Positions 29,899 through 39,714 of a stretch of DNA of 64,000 nt are shown in pieces. The stretch's first letter is position 1, and each line of letters begins with the position of its first letter. The notes under the pieces are model-generated. The model ran no database searches, was not told the DNA's origin, and saw nothing but the letters and a program-made list of their open reading frames with translations. The position numbers and the translations under genes were made by a program. Source of the stretch: Planctomycetota bacterium. Lineage in GTDB: Bacteria; Planctomycetota; SZUA-567; H5-PLA8. Location: positions 117,201 to 181,200 of the forward strand of contig JABTUM010000001.1 in assembly GCA_015075375.1 (NCBI GenBank), read 5' to 3'.

Positions 29899-32841
29899 AT
29901 GAGCGAATTGGAAGAATCGCCCAAGGATCGCTTGGAGCGGAAATTCCCGGATCTTGTTTTGGGCGGCGGCGCGCCGGCGCTTTTCACCTTCAACGGACTT
30001 GGAACGATGGTCTACGGACGGCGGGACTACGACGCCGAATCGGACACCTACGTCAAAACGCACTTCATCGTCTTTTTCTTTGTACCGGTGCTGGCCTTGG
30101 GCGCGTATCGCGTCGCCAATGCGGATAACGGGGGCTGGTACTTCATCGGTAAACAGCCGCTGTCGGGCGCCTGCAAAATGCTGAACCTGGCGGCTTTGGC
30201 GGCGGTTCTCTTTATCGCCGTGAGCATAGGCTGGACCTCCTACACCTCGACCCCCGAGTACAAGGCGACCGCCGCTCTGCAAAAGGCCCGTACGCAACGG
30301 GAAGAAGGGCAAACGCTCCTCGCCCTGCAAGCGTATGCGGAAGTCCAAGACAGCGGCACGCCCTCGAGCAAAGAAGCCGCGGAGGAGGCTAAGGCGCTTT
30401 TCGCCGAAGCGTTGCCCCAAGCGGCCCCCGCGGACGCGGAGCCGCTGATTCAGTTCGCCCTGAACCGCGCTTCGCTCAACCGGACGTTGATGACGCCCGA
30501 GGCGCTGCGCGCCGAAGTCCTCAAGCTGGCCGAAGCCCGCGGGCTGGAAAATCCGCGTGCCGGGCTGGCGTTGCTGAAATCTTCGGCATCTCTCGATCCG
30601 GACGGGACAGCCTTCATCAAGACTCGCGAGAAATTCCTGAGAGCCGCGATCGCAAAAGAGCCCAACGATCTGGACTTGGCCGCCGAGTTGGCCGATCTGC
30701 ACGTAATGCGTGAAGAGTGGGATGCCGCGCGGGCGCTATTGGAACCGCATGCCGGAAAGCTGGCCGGACAGGAAGGCGCGCGCGTACTGGGACAGCTTTA
30801 CGTCCGAGCCGGCGATTTCGAGAAAGCCCTTCCGCTCCTTAAAGGATACGCAACGAAGCGCTTGGAAGCCCTTCATTCCGCCCAGAAGCACTACGAAATG
30901 ATGCGCGAATCCGCCTACCAGCGGTTGCTCAAGCGGCTCAACGGCGGCGAAGCATCGAAAGAGTGGTACGAAGGGTACAAGCGATCCAACGAGGAAACCA
31001 AGGAGAAGATGTTCCAAGAATGGATCGCGCCCCGCATGGAGGCCGACACGAAGCTGAAAGCATCGGAAGCCGAACTGATGAACGTCTCGGGCGTGGTTCC
31101 GGTGGCCCTGGATCTGGGAATCGTGCTCTTGCGCCGCGCCCAAGAGCAGGCAGGCGCGGAGCGGCAGGCAAGTCTGGAGGAGGCGGAGAAAGTCTTCCTG
31201 GCCATCGGCGGAGTGGCCGGCGAAACCGACGCATACAGGCTGTTCTACGGACAGGTGCTGTACTGGCTGGGCAAGCACGAAGAAGGAGCGAAACTCTTCG
31301 ACGAATTCTTGGCATCCAAACAGCGCGACTCGGGCAGCCTGGGCCAAGTGGCCCAGGTTTTCCGCGCGGTGGGCGACGAGGTGCGCGCCCGTACGTTGTA
31401 CGAAGAAGCCTACGAAAAGGCCGACGAGAAGACGAAGCAGCAAATCGCCGGTGCGCGCGCAAGCCTCTCCTCCGAAGAGGCCGAACGATTGCTGTGGCTC
31501 GAACGCTGTGACGGCCGCGGCGTAACGGTGCAGGCCGAAATAGCCGGGGTCCGCGCGCGCATGTCGCTCAAAGCCGGCGACGAAACGGCGGCCGAACGCT
31601 ATTACCGAGAGGCCATTCGCGGATACGAATCGGTCCCCACCAACGACGTAGTCCTCAACAACACAGCCATTTTCTATCTGGAACTATTCTTCCTTTCGGG
31701 TGCGCGGTCGGATTACGAGAAGTACGCCTCGCTGGTAGAAGCCTCGCAGAAGCTGGACCCGGACGATTCCATCGTGCTGGGAAATGCGGCCAGCGCGCTG
31801 GAAAGTTCCGCGCGCCTGGCGGTGTACGGCGACCGCTTCGACCTGCGCGCCCTGCGCCGCGTGCCCAATTACGGAGACCTAAGCCTGCTTTACGCCGACG
31901 ATCCCGGATGGCATGCAACCGTTAAGCCGCTGATCGAGCACCCGCTCAGCTTGCGTTCCATGGAGTACTATCGCCGCCAAGCGCTCTTGGCGCCAAAATC
32001 GCACAGCGGGTACGGCGCGCTGGCCGGAATCCTGGTGGTGCGCGATGACTTGGCGGGCCTCAAGGAGTTGGAGGCGCAGGTGGAGCGCAGCGGGTATACG
32101 CCCGAGGAAGCCATCCGCGCCTCGCTCGACTACTACAAACCTGAGCGGGAGATCGAAACCCGAGCGACCTGCACGCAGTTTGCCACCATCATGAAGCGAC
32201 GCCTGGATGCGTTGCCGAAAGACGCCGCGCCCCTCACGCGCGCGGCCCTGCTGTGCGACTCCATCGAGCAAGGGGTGGCGCTGCATACGGCCGGGGGAAC
32301 TCCAGACTTGGACGAAATGGTTAACCTGGCGGAAGAGGTCGCTCGGTTATGCCCCTCGAGCAAGGCGAACAAAACGCTCCTCGCGGCTTATCGCACTCGG
32401 CTGCTGGCCGGCTTGGCGCAAAAGGATGCCGCCCTCAAGGACTACCTTGAGAAGCATCGGCGCGGCCTGCAAGGGAGTCAGGCGCTCGTCTTTCTGCTTC
32501 GCAATCCCACTTGGCGCGGCATCGTGTCAAGCCACCCCGATTTTTCCCGCGTCACAGAACTGATGCGCACTTCACTCCGAGCATTCCCCAGATCCGTTTC
32601 GTCAACCGAATGGGCCTTTTTCAAGTACGCAGGACTGCCCGAAGCCGCGGAAGTGGATGCGGCCTGGAAGGCCAACGAGATCCTCCAGATTGTCCATCGG
32701 ATAGAGCGACGCTTGAGTCCGCTTGCTTCGGAGCCGCTCCTGGAAGAGGTTCTTCGTTTGGAAGCCTTGGGCAAGAAGGAAGAAGCTTTGGCGCTCCTCC
32801 GCGAGGCCGTGGAGAAAGGGGTTCCGATTCCCAAGGAGTAA
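29899..32841 (+). CDS. membrane-anchored TPR-like repeat protein (980 aa), divergent from the Ubl operon
   Basis: Two N-terminal TM helices are followed by long helical TPR-like repeats (LGQLYVRAGDFEKALPLL, YRLFYGQVLYWLGKHEE). Confidence 0.55.
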   Translation: MSELEESPKDRLERKFPDLVLGGGAPALFTFNGLGTMVYGRRDYDAESDTYVKTHFIVFFFVPVLALGAYRVANADNGGWYFIGKQPLSGACKMLNLAALAAVLFIAVSIGWTSYTSTPEYKATAALQKARTQREEGQTLLALQAYAEVQDSGTPSSKEAAEEAKALFAEALPQAAPADAEPLIQFALNRASLNRTLMTPEALRAEVLKLAEARGLENPRAGLALLKSSASLDPDGTAFIKTREKFLRAAIAKEPNDLDLAAELADLHVMREEWDAARALLEPHAGKLAGQEGARVLGQLYVRAGDFEKALPLLKGYATKRLEALHSAQKHYEMMRESAYQRLLKRLNGGEASKEWYEGYKRSNEETKEKMFQEWIAPRMEADTKLKASEAELMNVSGVVPVALDLGIVLLRRAQEQAGAERQASLEEAEKVFLAIGGVAGETDAYRLFYGQVLYWLGKHEEGAKLFDEFLASKQRDSGSLGQVAQVFRAVGDEVRARTLYEEAYEKADEKTKQQIAGARASLSSEEAERLLWLERCDGRGVTVQAEIAGVRARMSLKAGDETAAERYYREAIRGYESVPTNDVVLNNTAIFYLELFFLSGARSDYEKYASLVEASQKLDPDDSIVLGNAASALESSARLAVYGDRFDLRALRRVPNYGDLSLLYADDPGWHATVKPLIEHPLSLRSMEYYRRQALLAPKSHSGYGALAGILVVRDDLAGLKELEAQVERSGYTPEEAIRASLDYYKPEREIETRATCTQFATIMKRRLDALPKDAAPLTRAALLCDSIEQGVALHTAGGTPDLDEMVNLAEEVARLCPSSKANKTLLAAYRTRLLAGLAQKDAALKDYLEKHRRGLQGSQALVFLLRNPTWRGIVSSHPDFSRVTELMRTSLRAFPRSVSSTEWAFFKYAGLPEAAEVDAAWKANEILQIVHRIERRLSPLASEPLLEEVLRLEALGKKEEALALLREAVEKGVPIPKE

Positions 32842-33111
32842 TCAAAGGAGGAAACCCAACCCTGGACCTATGCAGGGCGGGGTAGTTCGCCGGCCACCAC
32901 CTTGCCTGGCCGCGTGCGGTGGGATCGCGTCAGCGACGAACGATCCCGTCTACGCGTCACAGAAAATGAATCTGCAAATACTTGTACGCAATTAACTTAC
33001 GTGCATTTTACTCGAAAATCAACAACGCCGCCAGGCCCGGTGTATAACAAGTAGAATAAGTTGAACAAGCAGGATAACCACGTGGACAGGTGAAATAAGG
33101 ACGCGAATATC

Positions 33112-35301
33112 ATGACCAACCCATCCCTGAACCTCACCCGTCGCTCCTATGGCCACCCTTACTCGGCCCGAAGCCGTATGGCCTGCGCATTAATGGCCGC
33201 CGCAATCTCTTGGACGGGGCTCGCTCAAGCGGCCGAGACCTCGGATGAATTCCGCCGCATCGATAAGCCCTTGGAGGCGGCGGACACGTCCTGGGTGCCG
33301 CGGCAACTGAAAAAGGCGCCGGCGTTCAAGAGCGAGAAGGTCCGCTACAGTCTGTGGGTATTGGGCGATGGCCGCGATTCGGTCATGGCGATCGCCTGGG
33401 ACGAGTCCGGGGGCACCGGTTCCGGATACGACACGCTTTACGCCGACAAAAATCTGAACGGCGATTTGACCGAAGAAGCCGAGAAGTTCTTTTGCGAAAA
33501 CTACGACAAGGACAAGCACGCCAAGCGCCTGCGTGAGGAATACAACCTCGGCGCCGTCAAAACCGCCGACGGGTCGTGCACCGCCACCTTCGCGTTGAAA
33601 GCTGGATACAAGGACGATTGCATCGAGTACCCCTTCGGAATCTCGGTCGCTTCCGCCAAAGGGCATTTCGACGTCGGACCGCTGCCGGGCAACCTCAATC
33701 TATCTTGGTCCAACGACCTCAAGACCGCGCCGGTTTACCTGCTGGGCGGCGAAGCCATACCTGAGATCAATGGCAAGAAGCCGGGCACCTCATTGGGAAC
33801 TTGGTCGGCCGGCCTGACCTACGACGCTTGGTACACGGTCAAGCTCTACGGTGGCGATGCCGAAACTCACCTGCGCTTCATCAGCGCAAAGGCCGGAGAC
33901 AGTTCGCCGGCGACGCTCTTGCGCGTCAAGAACGCGCAGGGCGCGGTCGTCGAAGAAATCCCCTTTGTCGGCGGCTGCGTTTGCGGGGGCGGGTACGGTC
34001 AGCACCTGATGATCCCCAGCCGCGTGCCGCCGGGCGAGCATGAAGTGGTCGCCCACGCCAAGCGTTCCGCCATCCTGGGCGGGAACGCCGACTTCATCTT
34101 CCCGGTTACGATCGAAAATCCAGCCTACGGCAAGCCCATGGTCGATCCAGCCTACGCCGCGTTGAAGGCTGCGCACTCGTCCGCGCGCATCGTCACGCTG
34201 CGCCGAGCCGGGCCCGATCTGGCGCTCAGCAAAACCTTCCCCGAAGAGCCCTTGGTGCCCGCCGTCATCGGAGACACGTACCTCCTTCAGGACTGCATGC
34301 CCTACGCCGACGAAGGCAACGATCAGCGCATGATCGTAGGCTCCATGCAAGGCGACGGCCGCAAGCACACGACCTCCGCGCTGCTGCGCTTCGATCTGTC
34401 GGCGCTGCCCAAGGATGCCAAAATTCTGGGCGCGCAGATGCGCATTACGCTGCTCCGAACCGATCAGTACGCCGAATTGAAGGAAGGCGCCACGCTTGAA
34501 GCCTATGCCATGCGGCGCACTTGGATCGAAGCGCGACGCGGGCCGGTTTCCACGGTGCCCGCCACCAACTGGCAGGGGCCGGAAATGATCTACACCGGAC
34601 CGCAGGGCAAACCCACGGTCGTGCGTTGGGGCAAGCCCGGCGCCGAAGACACCACCCTCGATCGTTTTCCCGATCCGTTAGGCACGGCGGTGGCCGGACC
34701 GTTCCCTGCCCTGCTGGACCCCGGCGCAAATTCCAAGGACGCCAAAGCGCCGCGCGAACCGTGGCGCATGGTGGCGATCGATCTAACCTCGGCCGCGCAG
34801 CAATGGCATGCCGGGGCGCTGCCCAACCACGGCATCCTGTTAAAACTGAACGGCGCCGGAGCGGTCTACCTGTGCGCCAGCGAATTCCCCGATTATCCCT
34901 TCCGCCCCACGTTGGTGGTGGCCTACGAAGGCGGCGAACCCATCGCCGCGCCTGCCGCGCCGGAAGAAAATCTGGTGCTTGCGCGCAAACTGGCCGGCGA
35001 GCGCCGCGTACCGCTGGCCGTGGAATTCTACGGCAAACGCTGCGGCGCTTGTAAGCAAGCCGACCGGACGACCTTTGCCGATGAAGGCGTCAAGAAAGTG
35101 CTGCGCGAAAAGTACCAGTTCGTACGCCTGGACATTCAAGATTACGCGCAACTGGCGCAGGATCTGGACGTCGCCGCCACACCGGCGCTGGTGGTGCTCG
35201 ACGCCGGCAAGTCCGGTCCCGCCGCCAAACAGAAGTTGATTGAAGGCGAAACCATTCTGAACAAAGACGCGCTGCTCTCGGCGCTTAATGCCGGCAAATA
35301 G
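33112..35301 (+). CDS. secreted protein with DNRLRE domain and C-terminal thioredoxin-like domain
   Basis: A signal peptide is present. LLRFDLSALPKDAKILGAQMRITL is DNRLRE-like. The C-terminal VEFYGKRCGACKQ..ATPALVVLD segment is a thioredoxin fold with a CGAC active site. Confidence 0.55.
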   Translation: MTNPSLNLTRRSYGHPYSARSRMACALMAAAISWTGLAQAAETSDEFRRIDKPLEAADTSWVPRQLKKAPAFKSEKVRYSLWVLGDGRDSVMAIAWDESGGTGSGYDTLYADKNLNGDLTEEAEKFFCENYDKDKHAKRLREEYNLGAVKTADGSCTATFALKAGYKDDCIEYPFGISVASAKGHFDVGPLPGNLNLSWSNDLKTAPVYLLGGEAIPEINGKKPGTSLGTWSAGLTYDAWYTVKLYGGDAETHLRFISAKAGDSSPATLLRVKNAQGAVVEEIPFVGGCVCGGGYGQHLMIPSRVPPGEHEVVAHAKRSAILGGNADFIFPVTIENPAYGKPMVDPAYAALKAAHSSARIVTLRRAGPDLALSKTFPEEPLVPAVIGDTYLLQDCMPYADEGNDQRMIVGSMQGDGRKHTTSALLRFDLSALPKDAKILGAQMRITLLRTDQYAELKEGATLEAYAMRRTWIEARRGPVSTVPATNWQGPEMIYTGPQGKPTVVRWGKPGAEDTTLDRFPDPLGTAVAGPFPALLDPGANSKDAKAPREPWRMVAIDLTSAAQQWHAGALPNHGILLKLNGAGAVYLCASEFPDYPFRPTLVVAYEGGEPIAAPAAPEENLVLARKLAGERRVPLAVEFYGKRCGACKQADRTTFADEGVKKVLREKYQFVRLDIQDYAQLAQDLDVAATPALVVLDAGKSGPAAKQKLIEGETILNKDALLSALNAGK

Positions 35302-35444
35302 TCCGCCTTCGAAGCGGATGGCGCCCTGTTGGCGCCGGCGCGTCGTTGCGGCGGGGCGTATCGCTGCTTGAGGATCGATGCCGGAGAGATCCAACGGCTC
35401 CGCGGTCGAATCGTCAGGAGAACCGGCCGCACATCGTTTGGACT

Positions 35445-38400
35445 TCACCCACGAGTATGCCGCTCGTGGGAAGCAAGGAACGCCTTGCGATCCTTGCTGC
35501 CGCCCGTGTGCCGCGTGTTTTGTTGCAATCGCTCCACATGCTCCACGACGACCGTGACCACGCCGAACTCCTCCTCCGCTTTTCCGGACAGCAGAAACGG
35601 CCCGCCCAGACCCAGGCTGTCGCAGTACCGCGCATAGGCGCGCGGAAAAAAAGTGGTCTCGATCAGCCCCGTCTCGTCCTCGAAGGTGAGAAATTCCATC
35701 GGCTCGCCGCGCCGGGTGTGAACCACCTTGCCGGTAATCAGCCAACCGGCCAGGCAAACCCGCCGCCCGGCGCAGCGCTGCAGTGCGGCGGCCTTGACGA
35801 GATGGTCGGGAAGGAGTGCGCGGAACAGTTCCAGCGGATGTTGGTCGCACAGGAAACCGAGCACGTCGAACTCTCCGCGCAGCCGTTCCATCTCGGAAGT
35901 CGGCGTCAGGGCGGGTGGCGCGTTATCTTCCGCGGCATCGAAGAGGTTGGGGGCGGCCGCGCGCGCGGTGCGCTTGCGGCGCCCATGCCGCCAGGCGGCC
36001 AACTCCCAAAGCAGCGCGACGCGATCCCGCCCCGGCTCCAGGCCGTCGCACGCCCCCGCGCGTATCAAGGCGCGAGCCTCGGCTTCGTCGGGGCGCACGC
36101 GCTCCAGGAAATCCGCCAGCGTACGGTACGGACCTTCCGCGCGGCGCGCGACGATGCGCTCCATCGTTTCGGCGCCCAGACCCTTAACCGAGAGCAGTCC
36201 CGTGCGCACGGCGCGGTCCTTGCCATGCCAGCGTACGTGCGACTCGTTCGCGTCGGGCGGCTGCACGGCCACACCCCAGCGCCGCGTCTCCGAGACATAG
36301 GCGAAGGCGTTGTAGAAACCGCCTTGATTGCTGATGACGGCGGCCATGAACTCGGCGGGATGATGGACCTTCAGGTACGCCGCCTGAAAACTCACGCGAG
36401 CGTAGCTGGCGCTGTGCGGCTTGCAGAACGAGTAGCCCGCGAAGGACATGATCATGTCCCACACCGCCTCCACGGTCTCGTTGGTGACGCCACGCGCCTT
36501 TGCTCCGGAGGCGAAGCGCGCGCGGTAGTCGGCCAGTTCGCGCTCCTTGTCCTTCTTCGAGAGCACCTTTCGCAGACGGTCGGCCTCGGTGTGATCGAAG
36601 CCCGCCAAGGCCATGGCGGCCTGCGAAACATGCTCCTGGTAAACCATGATGCCATAGCTCTCGTCCAGCACGTCGTTGAGGAGCGGATGGAACGGTTCCC
36701 ACGCGCCGCCACGCAGGCGCCGGATGTATTCGCGGATGTACTCGTTGGCGGCGGGCCGGACAAGGCTGGAGTGGATGACGAGGTGCGCGTAGTCGCCGCG
36801 CCCTGTCTTCTGCTGAAGCAGCCGCATGGCCGGGCTCTCGATGTAAAAACAGCCCATGGTCAGGCCCCGCGCGACGGCATCCTGTGTCGTCGAATCGTCC
36901 TCGGGTTCCCAACGCGCTTCGTCCAACGGCGTGCCGTTGGCGCGCAGGTTGGCTAGCGCGTCGCGGATCACGCCCAGGCTGCGGTTACCGAGCAGGTCGA
37001 TCTTGACCAGCCCCAGTTCCTCCGCGCCGTCCTTCTCCCACTGGACGATGGGCACGCCTTTCGGAGCCGTCTGAAGGGGCACGTACTCGGCGCTGGACCG
37101 GGGGGTGACGACGACGCCGCCCGAATGAACGGATAGGTAGCGCGGCACGCCAAGAATGCGCTGGGCCAGACGCAGGATATCCGGCCACGGCTCGGGAAAC
37201 TCCACGCGCCGCATCTCGGCCAAAGCCGCGAGGCTCTCCTGCAAGCCGCCCGTAGCGTCGTCGTCCTGCCAGAACCACGGGATACGCCCGGTCACGCGTT
37301 GGATCTCGCGGTCGGGCAGGCCGAAGACCTTCGCCACTTCGCGGATCGCCATGCGCGGCTGAAAAAGCACGTGGTTGCAGACCATGGCCGCGTGACCGGC
37401 GTATCGCGCCAGCACCTGTTCCAGTACGCCATCGCGCTCGTCCCAGGCGAAATCCACGTCGATGTCCGGGGGGTCGGTGCGGCCCGGATTCAGGAAACGC
37501 TCGAAGTAGAGGTTAAACTTGAGCGGACAGACGTTGGTGATGCCCAGACAGTACGCGACGATGGAGGCCGCCCCGGAACCCCGGCCGCAGATGCGGGGGC
37601 TCAGCCCCACGATCTCTTGGACCACCAGAAAGTAGTCCGCGAAGCCCTTGGCTTCGATGCTGTGCAGTTCGTGCTCGATGCGTGCCGTCATGCTGGCGTT
37701 GAGCGGCGCGCCGTAACGCTTGAGCGCCCCGGCATACGCGCGCTCCCGCAAAACCGCCGCCGCCGGCTGCCCAGACGAGTCGCGCCATTCGGGAAAAATG
37801 GAGCGCGTTTCCGGCCCGCTGAACGCGCAGCGCTCGGCGATCTCGTGCGTGGCGGCGAGGGCTTCGGGGCAAACCTCGAAACGGCGGCGATACGCCTCCG
37901 GCGGGGCCAGCCAGGCGTCCGGCGGAGCCACGTCGCCGGGAACCAGGCGCGAGACGGCGCTGTTGCGTTCGATGGCGCGCAGAACACGATGGACCTCGTG
38001 ATCCTCCGGGCTCAGCAGGAAGCTCCCCGGCACGGCCACGAGCGGGAGGTCGAACCGTTGGGCCGTCGCGCGCAGGACGCCGAAGTTTCCGGCGGGTTTA
38101 CGCGGCACGCCGGCGGCGACGCGCACGCCCGCGCCGTGCCAGGTCTCCAGAGCGGCCGGATCGTTGCACAAGACCGTCAACCCCGCCGCATGGCGCGGCA
38201 GCGCCGAAGCCAACTCGAAGGCCGCGTCGCGGTGGCGCGCCGTCAGCATCCGGCACAGGTTGCGGTAGCCCTCGGCGTTTTCGACCAGGCAGACGGCTCG
38301 GAGAAGCGAGGCGCGATCCGTCAGTTCCGCGCCGACGATGGGCGTCAACCCTTCGCGGCGGCAACTCTTCAAGAAGACGGGCAACCCGTACAGGTTGTCG

Positions 38401-38525
38401 GTATCGGTCAGCGCAAGCCGCGTATAGCCCATGCGCCGCGCGGTCCGGCACAGTTCCTCGACGCCCGGTGTGCCCCATAGCAGGGAGAAGTACGAGCGGA
38501 CACACAGAGGGATCATCGGCGTCAT
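35445..38525 (-). CDS. dnaE2: error-prone DNA polymerase III alpha-like subunit DnaE2 (ImuC)
   Basis: The PHP domain N-terminus MTPMIPLCVRSYFSLLWGTPGVEEL..ALTDTDNLYG is followed by the polymerase core. At about 1027 aa it lacks the DnaE1 C-terminal extension. It lies downstream of an imuB-like gene and lexA. The start is trimmed from the 1302-aa ORF, whose Arg-rich N-terminus is an overlap artefact. Confidence 0.85.
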   Translation of the reverse strand: MTPMIPLCVRSYFSLLWGTPGVEELCRTARRMGYTRLALTDTDNLYGLPVFLKSCRREGLTPIVGAELTDRASLLRAVCLVENAEGYRNLCRMLTARHRDAAFELASALPRHAAGLTVLCNDPAALETWHGAGVRVAAGVPRKPAGNFGVLRATAQRFDLPLVAVPGSFLLSPEDHEVHRVLRAIERNSAVSRLVPGDVAPPDAWLAPPEAYRRRFEVCPEALAATHEIAERCAFSGPETRSIFPEWRDSSGQPAAAVLRERAYAGALKRYGAPLNASMTARIEHELHSIEAKGFADYFLVVQEIVGLSPRICGRGSGAASIVAYCLGITNVCPLKFNLYFERFLNPGRTDPPDIDVDFAWDERDGVLEQVLARYAGHAAMVCNHVLFQPRMAIREVAKVFGLPDREIQRVTGRIPWFWQDDDATGGLQESLAALAEMRRVEFPEPWPDILRLAQRILGVPRYLSVHSGGVVVTPRSSAEYVPLQTAPKGVPIVQWEKDGAEELGLVKIDLLGNRSLGVIRDALANLRANGTPLDEARWEPEDDSTTQDAVARGLTMGCFYIESPAMRLLQQKTGRGDYAHLVIHSSLVRPAANEYIREYIRRLRGGAWEPFHPLLNDVLDESYGIMVYQEHVSQAAMALAGFDHTEADRLRKVLSKKDKERELADYRARFASGAKARGVTNETVEAVWDMIMSFAGYSFCKPHSASYARVSFQAAYLKVHHPAEFMAAVISNQGGFYNAFAYVSETRRWGVAVQPPDANESHVRWHGKDRAVRTGLLSVKGLGAETMERIVARRAEGPYRTLADFLERVRPDEAEARALIRAGACDGLEPGRDRVALLWELAAWRHGRRKRTARAAAPNLFDAAEDNAPPALTPTSEMERLRGEFDVLGFLCDQHPLELFRALLPDHLVKAAALQRCAGRRVCLAGWLITGKVVHTRRGEPMEFLTFEDETGLIETTFFPRAYARYCDSLGLGGPFLLSGKAEEEFGVVTVVVEHVERLQQNTRHTGGSKDRKAFLASHERHTRG

Positions 38526-39712
38526 CCGGCAGCCAGCGTGCGGCCCATGCGAACGGCGCACGCCCCGAACTTGGCGCGAATGGCATCCAGCGCCGCACAA
38601 AGGTCCGCCTCGTGCCGGGACGCACCCGCTGCTTCGGGAAACAGATCCAACTGCGCGGGCGGGTAGACCAAGCGGTCGCAGAGGAGCCGCAGATGCCGTA
38701 CGCGCATCCTGCGCGTCCAGGCGCGTTCGAGCGCCGCGCGGGTCAGCTCGAAGAGCCGGATGTCGCCCGCCGTGGCTTCGGTCGTCGTGGCGTTGCGGGA
38801 TACGCGCGCGCCGTCGGAATAATCCAGCAGCACGCCGACGCGACGCGCGGCCAGACCGCGCGCGCGCAGTTCTCGACCGGCACGCTCGGCCAGCGCGCAC
38901 GCCGCGCCCAGAACCGCCGGAGCGTCGTTGGTATCCGACGGGAATACGTGGTCTCCGGCGACCACGGGGGGCTTGCGGTCCACTGCCAGAACCGGGGCGG
39001 TGTCCACGCCGCGAACCGTCGCGTGAAGCTGAGCGGCGCGCGCCGGACTGCCTACCGCGACTTCGAGCTGCCGCGGCGAGAGCGCCGCCACCTCGCCCGC
39101 GCGCCATAGATGGAACTCGCGCAAACGAAACAAGTCGTCGCGCTCGATGCCAGGCACAAGCTGGATGGGCACCGGTTTCAGGGCGGCTTCCTCGTCGCCG
39201 AAGGCGATGTGGCGTTCGCCGTACGGCTTGACGAGCCGCGAGGCAACTTTGGCGACCAACTTGTTGGAGGCCACCGACCAGATCGGATGGAAGCCCAGAT
39301 CCCAACGGAACGACCGGCGGATGCGTTCGGCTACGTCCGGCACAGGCCCCCATAGCCGTCCGGTTCCGGTCATGTCGAGGAACAGATGGCCGTTCTCGTC
39401 GGCGGCCTCGATAAGCGGAGTGTAAGGCCGCGCACGTTCGATAAGCGCCAGCATGGCGCGCTCGTACCGGTCGCGGCGCAGCGGGAGCACCTCGGCGTCG
39501 CGCTCGATCCGCCTCGCGTGGTCCAGGCGCATACCTTTGCGCACGCCCGCGAGGAACGCCTCGTCGCTCATGTCGAAAACGCAGGCCCGCGCCGCGCCTT
39601 CCGGTGCGACGATCACCGGCCGCCCGCGCAAGCCCGGCGCCAGCACCCGTTCCACCGCGACGGCAAAGTCAGCCACGTTGAAGTGAATGATCGTACGAGG
39701 TTCACAGGCCAT
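38522..39712 (-). CDS. imuB: ImuB-like catalytically inactive Y-family DNA polymerase
   Basis: This is a Y-family fold. The N-terminus MACEPRTIIHFNVADFAVAVE carries N and A at the positions of the catalytic D-x-D of DinB (HVDMDAF), the ImuB hallmark. The start is trimmed to MACEP. The stop overlaps the dnaE2 start. Confidence 0.8.
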   Translation of the reverse strand: MACEPRTIIHFNVADFAVAVERVLAPGLRGRPVIVAPEGAARACVFDMSDEAFLAGVRKGMRLDHARRIERDAEVLPLRRDRYERAMLALIERARPYTPLIEAADENGHLFLDMTGTGRLWGPVPDVAERIRRSFRWDLGFHPIWSVASNKLVAKVASRLVKPYGERHIAFGDEEAALKPVPIQLVPGIERDDLFRLREFHLWRAGEVAALSPRQLEVAVGSPARAAQLHATVRGVDTAPVLAVDRKPPVVAGDHVFPSDTNDAPAVLGAACALAERAGRELRARGLAARRVGVLLDYSDGARVSRNATTTEATAGDIRLFELTRAALERAWTRRMRVRHLRLLCDRLVYPPAQLDLFPEAAGASRHEADLCAALDAIRAKFGACAVRMGRTLAAG

Positions 39713-39714
39713 GG

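Noticed and set aside
35346-36956. 536-aa plus-strand ORF and other plus ORFs (37299..38480, 38431..39231, 39790..40683) across dnaE2/imuB/DUF72
   Set aside because: These are antisense shadows of the mutagenesis-cassette genes.
38526-39353. N-terminal 276 aa of the 1302-aa ORF and N-terminal 297 aa of the 693-aa ORF (Arg/Gly-rich)
   Set aside because: They are out-of-frame read-through into the upstream genes. The true DnaE2 and ImuB starts are at the conserved MTPMIP and MACEPRT N-termini.
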